Source: Candidatus Nanoarchaeia archaeon
GTDB lineage: Archaea > Nanobdellota > Nanobdellia > Woesearchaeales > GW2011-AR9
Assembly: GCA_035288985.1 (NCBI GenBank)
Contig: DATDYP010000011.1
Location: 7,673-71,672, forward strand
Direction: 5' to 3'
Length of the DNA stretch: 64,000 bases
Shown: one piece after another, positions 28,580-37,478 of the stretch
Layout of the letters: every line of letters starts with the position of its first letter
Position numbering within the stretch: the stretch's first letter is position 1
Position numbers and translations under genes: made by a program
Notes under the pieces: model-generated
Databases searched by the model: none
What the model saw: the letters and a program-made list of their open reading frames with translations, nothing else
What the model was told of the DNA's origin: nothing

Positions 28580-29176
28580 TTAGCCAAGAAAATATTTGCC
28601 ATGTTTTTCAAACCATTTCCGGTCTTTATTCACCCTATAATGTTTGGGATCAGCTATGAGCCTGTCTGCAGTGACTATCTTAAAGCCATTTTTCAAACCG
28701 CCGACTGCAGTCTCCTGGACGCAGAAAGAGGCATTAATGCCCATAAGATAAATTTCAGCAACATTCCATTCTTGCAAAACGGAAGTCGCTTCTGGGTTAA
28801 CGAATCCGTCATCATCAACTTTTGTAAGAACCCTGTGCCTGGGCACTGCTGTTACAGCTTCATTTAATGGAAAGATTGTGGTGCCATCACCTTCATATTC
28901 AAATACCAAAACTGGAAGATCAAATCTAGAGCAATAATATAAGACTTTTAATTGTGAAAGAACCATATGAATACTTTCCTGCTCTTCAATCTCTCCCAAA
29001 AACTTCTCTTGCATATCAACTAAAACAAAAGCCCTGCCTTCCTCAGCCGACAGGAATGTTTCTAATCCTGCTCTGCCTTGATGTTCTCTGTTTCTGGGAA
29101 AGGTATTCAGAGAATAATCTCTATTAATATCATTAGGAAGCAAATTTCTCAATCGTTCATATAAACCAGCTGCCAT
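28580..29176 (-). CDS. Isochorismatase/cysteine hydrolase family protein
   Basis: VLVDMQ, K..DDGF and GINASFCVQETA. Confidence 0.8.
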   Translation of the reverse strand: MAAGLYERLRNLLPNDINRDYSLNTFPRNREHQGRAGLETFLSAEEGRAFVLVDMQEKFLGEIEEQESIHMVLSQLKVLYYCSRFDLPVLVFEYEGDGTTIFPLNEAVTAVPRHRVLTKVDDDGFVNPEATSVLQEWNVAEIYLMGINASFCVQETAVGGLKNGFKIVTADRLIADPKHYRVNKDRKWFEKHGKYFLG

Positions 29177-29279
29177 TCAACCTCATTTTTGAGGTTAATT
29201 TATTAATTTTATCTAAAGTTAGGCTTTTATGAACACTCCTTCAGTATCTTTTTAAAGTGTTAATTAGCTTTTCATAAAT

Positions 29280-29765
29280 ATGGATAGAGTGGCTTATTTT
29301 AACTGGGTAAGAGATATCCCATATTGTTTACCTCTTGATCAAGAAGAACAAGATTATTCCTGTCAAGGTAAACATGTCATGTTGGCGAAATTACTAAGAA
29401 AAACTGGTCTAGAGGTAAGGCCCAGAGTTTGTGAGGCACGTTGGACTGATCTTCAACTTCCTCAAGAAATAACGACTATCACCCACGATAATGAGATCCT
29501 GCATCTATATCTTGAAGTAAAAATTAATGGAAAATGGTACAACATCGACGCTAGTTTTGATAAAGGTCTTGAAGGAGTTCTCCCTGTAAGCGAATGGGAT
29601 GGTCAACATGGTACAAAACTTTGTGTAAAGCCACTCACAATTTATTCCCCAAAAGAAAGTTTACAAATGTGTCAAGAAGAAGATGACTACAGCGAAGATT
29701 TAGCTAGGAACAGAGATTTCTACCTAGCTTTTAATAATTGGTTACAAAGTGTACGAAAAACTTAA
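29280..29765 (+). CDS. Transglutaminase-like cysteine protease fold protein
   Basis: VRDIPY, SCQGKH, HLYLEV and WYNIDASFD (Cys-His-Asp order). Confidence 0.7.
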   Translation: MDRVAYFNWVRDIPYCLPLDQEEQDYSCQGKHVMLAKLLRKTGLEVRPRVCEARWTDLQLPQEITTITHDNEILHLYLEVKINGKWYNIDASFDKGLEGVLPVSEWDGQHGTKLCVKPLTIYSPKESLQMCQEEDDYSEDLARNRDFYLAFNNWLQSVRKT

Positions 29766-31171
29766 TACCTATAATGCTCTGGCTTGTAGGGCCCTTGTTT
29801 AGGGATGCCTAAATACGTTGCCTGCTGGTCGGTTAATTCGTCAATCTCCACGCCAATTTTTTTCAGGTGCAGCCTGGCCACTTCTTCGTCAAGTTTTTTG
29901 GGCAAGACAAACACGCCAGTTCCATATTTATTCTTCCACAAGTCTAGCTGAGCTAGAACCTGGTTGGTGAACGAATTGCTCATCACAAACGAAGGATGTC
30001 CAGTCGCACAGCCAAGATTTACCAGTCTTCCTTCAGCGAGAATGTAAATTTCCTTGCCATTCAAGGCGTATTTGTCATACTGCGGTTTGATATTCTCCTT
30101 CACCGCGCCGGATTTATTGTTGAGCCAGTCCATGTCGATCTCGTTGTCGAAATGTCCGATATTGCAGACAATGGCCTGGTCTTTCATGGCTTTGAAATGC
30201 CGGTCCACGATGATCCCATAATTTCCCGTTGAGGTGACGAAAATATCCCCTTCCCTGACAGCGTCATCCATTTTCTTGACTTCATACCCTTCCATGGCTG
30301 CCTGCAGGGCATTGATAGGGTCTATTTCGGTTACGATAACCCTGCAACCAAAGCCGCGCAATGATTGGGCGCAGCCTTTTCCAACATCACCATAACCGGC
30401 AACGACAGCGACTTTCCCTGCCAGCATCACATCAGTAGCTCTTTTAAGACCGTCAACAAGGGATTCCCGGCAGCCATATAAATTATCAAATTTGGATTTG
30501 GTAACAGAATCATTAACATTGATGGCAGGAAATAAAAGTTTTCCTTCCCGCATCATTTGGTATAGCCTATGAACACCGGTTGTTGTTTCTTCAGAGACTC
30601 CTCTCACACCTTTGGCAACGTTAGTCCAGGTATCTTTATGTTTGGAATACATCTCTTTAAGAGAGGCTATCAATTCCAGGAAATCGGCTCCTTCATGCTG
30701 GTAGTTTTTGTCCAACAAAGAAGGATTTTTCTCCACTTCCACTCCTTTATGGATCATCAACGTAGCATCCCCACCGTCATCAACGATCAAGTTTGGTCCA
30801 GAGCCATCAGGGAAAGTTAATGCTTTTAATGTGCACCACCAGTATTCTTTCAAGTTTTCCCCTTTCCAGGCAAAGACTGGAATTCCGGCTTTAGCAATAG
30901 CAGCGGCAGCATGATCCTGCGTAGAGAAAATATTACAAGAAGCCCAGCGTACTTGCGCTCCTAAAGCAGTCAGTGTTTCAATAAGAACGGCAGTCTGGAT
31001 GGTCATATGTAAAGAGCCGGTAATCTTAGCTCCTTTCAGCGGCTTTTCCTGGGCATACTTTTCCCGTAAAGCCATCAAGCCAGGCATTTCTTTTTCTGCA
31101 ATAGTAATCTCTTTTCTTCCCCACTCTGCGAGGGAGATGTCTTTGACTTTGTAATCTTGTTGTAGATTCAT
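29762..31171 (-). CDS. ahcY: Adenosylhomocysteinase
   Basis: [43 protein letters not shown] and GHPSFVMS. Confidence 0.97.
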   Translation of the reverse strand: MNLQQDYKVKDISLAEWGRKEITIAEKEMPGLMALREKYAQEKPLKGAKITGSLHMTIQTAVLIETLTALGAQVRWASCNIFSTQDHAAAAIAKAGIPVFAWKGENLKEYWWCTLKALTFPDGSGPNLIVDDGGDATLMIHKGVEVEKNPSLLDKNYQHEGADFLELIASLKEMYSKHKDTWTNVAKGVRGVSEETTTGVHRLYQMMREGKLLFPAINVNDSVTKSKFDNLYGCRESLVDGLKRATDVMLAGKVAVVAGYGDVGKGCAQSLRGFGCRVIVTEIDPINALQAAMEGYEVKKMDDAVREGDIFVTSTGNYGIIVDRHFKAMKDQAIVCNIGHFDNEIDMDWLNNKSGAVKENIKPQYDKYALNGKEIYILAEGRLVNLGCATGHPSFVMSNSFTNQVLAQLDLWKNKYGTGVFVLPKKLDEEVARLHLKKIGVEIDELTDQQATYLGIPKQGPYKPEHYRY

Positions 31172-31303
31172 GGTAGTACCTCTTTTGAAGGTTTATTGTA
31201 AACGATATATAAAGTTTTGTGAAATAAGGGACTATAAAAAGCGTGATAAGTAAATGGCTACTGAGACTAAAGAATAAGTTGTTTCATAATAGAGTTAAGG
31301 GGA

Positions 31304-31993
31304 TTACCTATATTTTTGATCCACTTCCAGGCTACGAATACATTCCCCACAAAACCATGCTTGATTTAGCCTCGTGATTAAATCGTCGAGTCCTGCATCA
31401 AATCGTTTTTGGCCGCCGACAAGAAAATGGCCTTCTCTTGGATGCGGCGTTTGGACATCAGCAACCTGGTATAAAACGCAATCATTGTTAGGGCAATGGG
31501 GACCAGTTGAAACAGTATATCCTGTTTGAGCATTGACCCAAGTAGCATCCTGCAAATGCCCTCCTTTAACAACATCATGCCCGATTTCATGTAAGGCTAT
31601 TGCTGCTAATCTTTGAAGATAGAGGTTTTCAGGGATTTCCAACTCTTTTCCAGGACTGCTGTCCCTGCCCTTCAAACGTGAAGTAGAGATAACAATAGAA
31701 GTTTTAGGAGGATTGTCTTGTTCGTACGCAAAACACCAATTATCTTCCCGGCTTTCATCATTAAAATAGATGTCTCGCGAGGTTAAAACAATAATTTTTT
31801 TTCCTCTTGTCTGGCTGTAAAGATGTTCAGAGATTCTATCACAAGAATGCCAAAAAGCATTAAACCTTTCAAGTCGTTCAAACAGGTGTGAAAGGTCTTC
31901 AGATTGGAGAGCGCAGTCAACAGAAAGCACTTCCTCAACTATTTTAGCGATGTGGTTAGCTTCAGAATCCAAGGCTTCATGAATAATTATCAT
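31304..31993 (-). CDS. Archaemetzincin-like zinc-dependent protease
   Basis: ISTSRL, ALHEIGH, HCPNNDCVL and FCGEC; an insertion follows HEIGH. Confidence 0.65.
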   Translation of the reverse strand: MIIIHEALDSEANHIAKIVEEVLSVDCALQSEDLSHLFERLERFNAFWHSCDRISEHLYSQTRGKKIIVLTSRDIYFNDESREDNWCFAYEQDNPPKTSIVISTSRLKGRDSSPGKELEIPENLYLQRLAAIALHEIGHDVVKGGHLQDATWVNAQTGYTVSTGPHCPNNDCVLYQVADVQTPHPREGHFLVGGQKRFDAGLDDLITRLNQAWFCGECIRSLEVDQKYR

Positions 31994-32115
31994 TTATGTT
32001 ATCCTAGAGAAGGTATTTATTAACATTCCGCCCTTTATTCCGATTTTATATTTTCTGCAAGAATAATTATATCCCTCATCAAAACCTTAATAAACATCCA
32101 ATCTTTCTTCCATCC

Positions 32116-33405
32116 ATGCCCAGCACAGGTGATGTAGTCAAAATAACGACAAAGAAAGGCGCTGAAGAAGGAGTACTGCTGCCCAGCCCTGACAAGAATG
32201 TTCTGATCATCAAATTACAGAGCGGCTACAATATGGGATTTGAGAAGAAAGATGTGAAAAAAATCACTGTTGTCAAAAAAGCTGCACAGACAAGACCGCC
32301 TGTGAAAAAAGTCACTAAAAACAAAAATCTTCCAACCATCTCGATTTTACATACCGGCGGAACTATCGCCAGCAAAGTGGATTACAGAACTGGCGGCGTA
32401 ACTACTGACTTCAGCCCGGAAGAGTTAGTGGCCATGTTTCCTGAACTTAAAAACATCGCCAATATTGAATCAGAGCTCATTGCCCAGATGTGGAGCGATG
32501 ATCTGCGGTTTGCACATTTTCCCCTTATTGCTAAAGCGATTGAGAAGCATGTCCAGAAAGGAGTGAAAGGAATTATTGTTGGCATAGGCACGGATAATTT
32601 GGCAGTCGCTTCAGCAGCATTATCATTCATCGTGGAATCTTCACCAGTTCCAATATTATTTGTAGGATCGCAGCGTTCTTCAGATCGGGGCAGCAGTGAT
32701 GCAGCCATGAATCTCATCTGTGCTGCGGAATTCATCACCAAAACAGATTTTGGCGGAGTAGGGATCTGTATGCACGAATCGGAAGATGACTCCTCTTGCG
32801 TCATCCTGCCTGCCGCAAAAACATATAAATTACACTCTTCGCGGAGAGATGCGTTTAAAGCGATTAATGCCAGCCCCATTGCTCGTGTTGATTATAACAG
32901 CAGGAAGATAACATTTGTAGAAAAGCACTATATGCAAAAATCGTCAAAATTAGTACTCAAACCAAAAATGGAAGAGAAAGTAGGCTTGCTCAAAATTCAT
33001 ATCAACATGTCACCGGAACAATTTGCTTTCTTCAAGGGCTACAAAGGCCTGGTCATTGAAGGAACTGGCTTAGGACATACACCCGGACAAGTTCCAAACA
33101 AAGAAAGTACGATCCACAAAAAAATCTACCCCGCAATGAAAGCAGTTATCGATTCAGGCTGTGTAGTAGTCATGACCACGCAATGCCTATTTGGCGGCGT
33201 GAATATGAATGTCTATGACAAGGGCAGGGATCTCCAGGAATTAGGCGTTCTCTCAGCAAAGGACATGCTTGCTAATACTGCTTTGGTGAAATTATCATGG
33301 CTGTTAGGAAATTATCCAAAAGAAAAAGTAAAAGAACTAGTGGGTACAAATCTAAGAGGAGAGATAAACGAACAATTAATGTATGAAAGAGATTTTTTAC
33401 GTTAG
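32116..33405 (+). CDS. gatD: Glutamyl-tRNA(Gln) amidotransferase subunit D
   Basis: IKLQSGYNMG, HTGGTIASKVDYRTG, GTD, GSQRSSDRGSSDA, HSSRRDAF and GTGLGH. Confidence 0.96.
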   Translation: MPSTGDVVKITTKKGAEEGVLLPSPDKNVLIIKLQSGYNMGFEKKDVKKITVVKKAAQTRPPVKKVTKNKNLPTISILHTGGTIASKVDYRTGGVTTDFSPEELVAMFPELKNIANIESELIAQMWSDDLRFAHFPLIAKAIEKHVQKGVKGIIVGIGTDNLAVASAALSFIVESSPVPILFVGSQRSSDRGSSDAAMNLICAAEFITKTDFGGVGICMHESEDDSSCVILPAAKTYKLHSSRRDAFKAINASPIARVDYNSRKITFVEKHYMQKSSKLVLKPKMEEKVGLLKIHINMSPEQFAFFKGYKGLVIEGTGLGHTPGQVPNKESTIHKKIYPAMKAVIDSGCVVVMTTQCLFGGVNMNVYDKGRDLQELGVLSAKDMLANTALVKLSWLLGNYPKEKVKELVGTNLRGEINEQLMYERDFLR

Positions 33406-33455
33406 ACTGATACAATTAATATACAGTAAAAATATACGGTCAAAGAGGTGTTGGC

Positions 33456-33719
33456 ATGAACAAGGCAGGATGTTTAATGTTATTAATCTCATTATTTTCA
33501 GTATTCTTACTTTCCTGCACTCCAGCAGAAAAAGTATGTTCAATCGATAGTGATTGTGTTCCTGCTGCCTGCTGCCATGCTACCGATGCGGTCAATGCAG
33601 AACACGGCCCGGACTGCAGGGGAGTTTTCTGTACAGCAGTCTGTCAGCCTGGCACGCTCGACTGCGGGCAAGGAAAAGTAAATTGCATCTCCGGACAATG
33701 CACGGCGGTGATTGAATGA
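33456..33719 (+). CDS. Small Cys-rich lipoprotein
   Basis: LLSC lipobox-like motif; CSIDSDCVPAACCH...C...CTAVC...C...C...C. Confidence 0.7.
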   Translation: MNKAGCLMLLISLFSVFLLSCTPAEKVCSIDSDCVPAACCHATDAVNAEHGPDCRGVFCTAVCQPGTLDCGQGKVNCISGQCTAVIE

Positions 33720-34402
33720 GAGAACGGATGAAAGGCGTAGTCCGTGACTTTGTCTTCGGCATGGAGGATGGGTTAGTATCTAATCTAGGTCTGGTTTTGG
33801 GCGTGTATGTAGGAGGAGGAAACACTTTTACCATTGTTCTGGCCGGACTGGCCAGCATGTTTGCCGGAGCATTTTCCATGTCAGCTGGCAGTTATCTCTC
33901 TGCCAAAGCACAGCGGGAAGTCTATGAGCATGAAATAGAAGAAACAAGAAATTTTTTGGAAAAAAATCCGCGCAAGTGTTACGACAACATGAAAACGGCG
34001 CTGATGAAAGAAGGCCTGGGAAAAACCGAGATTGATGCGCTCTTTAAGAAATCATCTAAGTATAAACATCCCGAATTTGTATGTAATTATATGGTCCAGA
34101 AAAAAGTAGGAATATCCAAGGAAAAGCTAGACGCTCCCTTAGAGAATGCCCTAACGATGTTCCTTTCCTTTTTAGTGGGGTCGGCATTTCCCATCATGCC
34201 GTTCATCTTTCTTTCCTCAGGAATGACTGCTGTCAAGGTGGCAGTGGTTCTTACCATCTCAGTGCTATTCATGGTAGGCTGGGCCAAGACCTATTTCACA
34301 CGGCGCAGTTGGTTCAAGTCTGGGATGGAAGTAGTGATAGTTGGCGTAGGAGCTGGAATTATCGGCTATCTGGTCGGCTGGCTGGTTGGAATTATAGCCT
34401 GA
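33716..34402 (+). CDS. VIT1/CCC1 family metal transporter
   Basis: VFGMEDGLVS, AGAFSMSAGSYLS and GSAFPIMPF. Confidence 0.92.
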   Translation: MRERMKGVVRDFVFGMEDGLVSNLGLVLGVYVGGGNTFTIVLAGLASMFAGAFSMSAGSYLSAKAQREVYEHEIEETRNFLEKNPRKCYDNMKTALMKEGLGKTEIDALFKKSSKYKHPEFVCNYMVQKKVGISKEKLDAPLENALTMFLSFLVGSAFPIMPFIFLSSGMTAVKVAVVLTISVLFMVGWAKTYFTRRSWFKSGMEVVIVGVGAGIIGYLVGWLVGIIA

Positions 34403-34493
34403 GCAGGGGAAGCTTCCTAAAAAGTCTAACTATATACAAACTATACAGAATAGAGTCAAATATTATATAATTCAATTGTCTCTATCCTTTGAA

Positions 34494-34703
34494 ATGGTGA
34501 CTTCCCTTACTCCAGCGCAACGGGATCATCTTGAAAGATTGAGACGGGAACAAAATCCTGGAAAGTACCGTGAACAACCACGGCAGCAGCCTCTTTGGCT
34601 TCCTTTGGAAGAACGGCTGCCGCAGGGAAACCCTTCTCCGGAACAGAATGTGCTTTCTTCGTATCAGGTATGCTACGTCTTTAAATCTTCTTACAATTGT
34701 TGA
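34494..34703 (+). CDS. Small hypothetical protein
   Basis: 69-aa ORF downstream of TTATATAA. Confidence 0.35.
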   Translation: MVTSLTPAQRDHLERLRREQNPGKYREQPRQQPLWLPLEERLPQGNPSPEQNVLSSYQVCYVFKSSYNC

Positions 34704-34759
34704 GATTATTTCTCTTCTCTCACAAAAACATTTTTAATATTCTTTCATTCCCTAAGGTC

Positions 34760-35308
34760 ATGAAACCGCTTCCTGCCTCGTTTTTTGCCCGAGATACTGT
34801 AGAGGTAGCAAAAGATCTGCTGGGGAAAATTATTTCTGTCAATGGATTCAAGGGCAGAATCGTGGAAACAGAAGCATATGGACGTGACCCTGCATCGCAT
34901 GCCTTTACTAAAACTGAACGAAGCGCGTTGATGTTTGATACCCATGCTTATGTGTATGTATACTTAATCTATGGGATGTACCATTGCCTGAATTTTACGT
35001 CTGACCGGCATAATGCTGGAGCTGTTTTAATCCGGGCAGTCGAGCCTCTGAATAATATTGAGGAATTGAAAAGGATCCGAAAAAACAACAAAATTACCAG
35101 TCTTTGTTCTGGTCCTGGAAAGCTATGTCAGGCCTTTGGAATCAACAAGAAACATAACGGTTTAAAATTGGGGGGGAAAATTACAGTTTTTGATGACGGC
35201 TTTACGGTAGGAAGCATTGCCACAAGTTCCAGAATTGGCATTAAAGATGCCTTGGATTTACAATGGAGATTTTATAGTAAAGACAACCAGTTTGTGAGCA
35301 GACGCTGA
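34760..35308 (+). CDS. mpg: DNA-3-methyladenine glycosylase (MPG/AAG family)
   Basis: GRIVETEAY, DPASH, YVYLIYGMYHCLN, AVLIRAVEP, SGPGKLC and RIGI. Confidence 0.95.
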   Translation: MKPLPASFFARDTVEVAKDLLGKIISVNGFKGRIVETEAYGRDPASHAFTKTERSALMFDTHAYVYVYLIYGMYHCLNFTSDRHNAGAVLIRAVEPLNNIEELKRIRKNNKITSLCSGPGKLCQAFGINKKHNGLKLGGKITVFDDGFTVGSIATSSRIGIKDALDLQWRFYSKDNQFVSRR

Positions 35309-35341
35309 GAAACTATACTTGACATTCGCTTGGATTAAGAA

Positions 35342-35515
35342 TTATTTCCTAACCAAACCCTTCTTGATGTTAGCCATCAATTTGTCAATCTGTGCAGGAT
35401 CTACATTATCATACCGAGTTTGCGGTTTGACTTCCTTGTTATCCAGGGCACTTTGCAGCATGGAAGCAACAAAAATAGAGGCGCCATCTTTTTTAAGAGG
35501 TTGTTTTTGATTCAT
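35342..35515 (-). CDS. Small hypothetical protein (57 aa, not in ORF track)
   Basis: Manual translation MNQKQPLKKDGASIFVASMLQSALDNKEVKPQTRYDNVDPAQIDKLMANIKKGLVRK; TTAAATA upstream. Confidence 0.45.
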   Translation of the reverse strand: MNQKQPLKKDGASIFVASMLQSALDNKEVKPQTRYDNVDPAQIDKLMANIKKGLVRK

Positions 35516-35603
35516 AAGACAACAAGTAAAATGTTAGGATATTTAAGGTTTATTGTTGCACACAGTTAATCTTTTAAACTAGAAGTGGATTTTTCTGTTC
35601 CAT

Positions 35604-35709
35604 GCGAGGGTGGGAGAGCGGCCAAATCCGCCACCTTGAGATGTAGTACAACTACACAAGAAGGGGTGGTCCCTTAGTGGGTACGCGTGTTCGAATCACG
35701 TCCCTCGCA
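35604..35709 (+). tRNA. trnL: tRNA-Leu(GAG) with a 22-nt BHB intron at 36/37 (35641-35662)
   Basis: Acceptor GCGAGGG/CCCTCGC-A; anticodon stem CCACC/GGTGG; spliced loop TTGAGGG; long variable arm CCC-TTAGT-GGG; TTCGAAT; BHB helix CTTG/CAAG with bulges AGA and AAG. Confidence 0.92.
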
Positions 35710-35713
35710 TGTT

Positions 35714-36154
35714 TCATTTTTCTAACTTCTTATCCATCCAAACATACTGATGACCTTCTGTAAAACCTTCTTGTTTCATAAAATCGATGATCTTCCCACC
35801 GCTTTTGGCCCAGCCGTAGATATACGAAATACCTCTTTGTTTCAGCTCTTCTTCACACTGCTGGTACAACCGTTTGGCAATACCTTGTCTACGATGTTCA
35901 GGGTGGACGGCAAGATACACCAAACAAGCATATCGTTCCGGCCGTTCCACATCCTGTGTATTTGCATAGATGAAACCAACAACAGATTTTTCCGTTTCGG
36001 CAAGGAGAAAGACACTGGCAGGATTCCCTATGCAATACCTTAATTCATCAAGAGACATGAACGGCTCGGTAGCGCTCGCTCTGAACTCAGGAGTCTTGCT
36101 GGCAAGATCATATAACACAACAAAATCATCAATAGTCGCTCTGCGAATATTCAT
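35714..36154 (-). CDS. GNAT family N-acetyltransferase
   Basis: IRRAT, VVGFI and LAVHPEHRRQGIAKRL. Confidence 0.9.
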   Translation of the reverse strand: MNIRRATIDDFVVLYDLASKTPEFRASATEPFMSLDELRYCIGNPASVFLLAETEKSVVGFIYANTQDVERPERYACLVYLAVHPEHRRQGIAKRLYQQCEEELKQRGISYIYGWAKSGGKIIDFMKQEGFTEGHQYVWMDKKLEK

Positions 36155-36157
36155 ACT

Positions 36158-37444
36158 TTATTTCCTCAACCATTCCACGATCAGATCCACAGCAACAACA
36201 ACCTTCGTGCAAAACTTTTTTGTGAACCCAGAAGGCAACTCCTTACTAAGAGGAATTTTATAACTCTCTTCAAGAGCCTTGCCGCCATCAAAATCAACAT
36301 AGGCCAGCCTGGCAGTTAATTCTTCCTTTGCCCTTCCAAATACGGCTCCGGGAAGTATCGCTACTCCCGTATCCTGAAGAAGTTTTTCACATAATTCGGT
36401 GCTGGTTCGTATTCCCCTCTTTTCTAACTTCTTTGCAAAAGGGGAAAAGTCAATAAAATGATAAAATCCTCCCTGAGGGATGTGAACCTGGCAGCCTGTT
36501 GCAGACAGTTTTTTAGCACTTTCACTGCCGAGCGCAGAAAAAATACGCCGCACGTGCTTCAGATATGTCTCAAGATCTTCCCCCCCCTTGAAGGCAGTTA
36601 TTGCTGCATGCTGTATCGGCGAGCTTACCGAAGAAAAGGTTTCACTGGCAACTGTTGCCATTGCATTCCTCAGCGCGGACAATTGTGGAGGAAATACAAA
36701 TGTCCCTAGCCGCCATCCGCCGGCTGCACACCATTTCGATAATCCTGAACAGACTATTGTTCCTTCCGGATAGAAGCGCGCAACTGAAATATGTTTCCCC
36801 TGATGATGGATCTGCCCGTAAATCTCGTCTGAAAGAATGATCAGGTTATGCTTCCTGGCTACGGCCGCTATTTCCCTAAGTTGTCCCTCTGTATAAGTCG
36901 TGCCAGAAGGATTGCCCGGATAATTTAAGATTAATAAGGAGCGGCTCTTACTTCTTGCCGTAGTTTTGCATGCCTCAGCCAGTGATTCCGGGCTGATCAG
37001 CCATTGATCAGTAAAGCTGGTGTGCAAGACTTGAAATTTATTTCCAAGAATTCTTGCCTGGGATTCGTAGGAAACCCAATAGGGACTGGAAAGGATAATC
37101 TTCCCGTCAAAGGCAAGCTGCAAGAGAAACAGCAGTTCCTTGGTTCCAGGGCCAATCACAACATCATCTGCCTGGACACTAAGCAGATCTTTTTTCCTAT
37201 GAAAGTCTGCCACGGCTTCCCGTAACGCCTGCAACCCTTTTACTGGTAAATAGCGGTTTTGTGCAGCATTTTGAGCAAGCGAACGTACTACTTCCTTCGG
37301 GATGGGGAAAGGAGACTCTCCCAAACCAAGATTGTATACAGCTTTGCCTTGCTTCTGCAGCTCAGCACATTTTTGGTTGAGAGCAAATGTCGGAGAAACA
37401 CCCATCCCTTGCAGCTGCGGATTGATAGGATCTGAAGCAGTCAT
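36158..37444 (-). CDS. PLP-dependent class I/II aminotransferase (aspartate aminotransferase-like)
   Basis: NYPGNPSG, SDEIY, SGLSKW...GWRLG and PQGGFY. Confidence 0.92.
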   Translation of the reverse strand: MTASDPINPQLQGMGVSPTFALNQKCAELQKQGKAVYNLGLGESPFPIPKEVVRSLAQNAAQNRYLPVKGLQALREAVADFHRKKDLLSVQADDVVIGPGTKELLFLLQLAFDGKIILSSPYWVSYESQARILGNKFQVLHTSFTDQWLISPESLAEACKTTARSKSRSLLILNYPGNPSGTTYTEGQLREIAAVARKHNLIILSDEIYGQIHHQGKHISVARFYPEGTIVCSGLSKWCAAGGWRLGTFVFPPQLSALRNAMATVASETFSSVSSPIQHAAITAFKGGEDLETYLKHVRRIFSALGSESAKKLSATGCQVHIPQGGFYHFIDFSPFAKKLEKRGIRTSTELCEKLLQDTGVAILPGAVFGRAKEELTARLAYVDFDGGKALEESYKIPLSKELPSGFTKKFCTKVVVAVDLIVEWLRK

Positions 37445-37478
37445 TTTCCGCAATTAAGTGCTGGTGGAGTATATAAAA

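Noticed and set aside
35604..35709. Reading this tRNA as Ser(TGA)
   Set aside because: The 5-bp stem CCACC/GGTGG, BHB geometry, A73 discriminator and variable arm all fit Leu(GAG).
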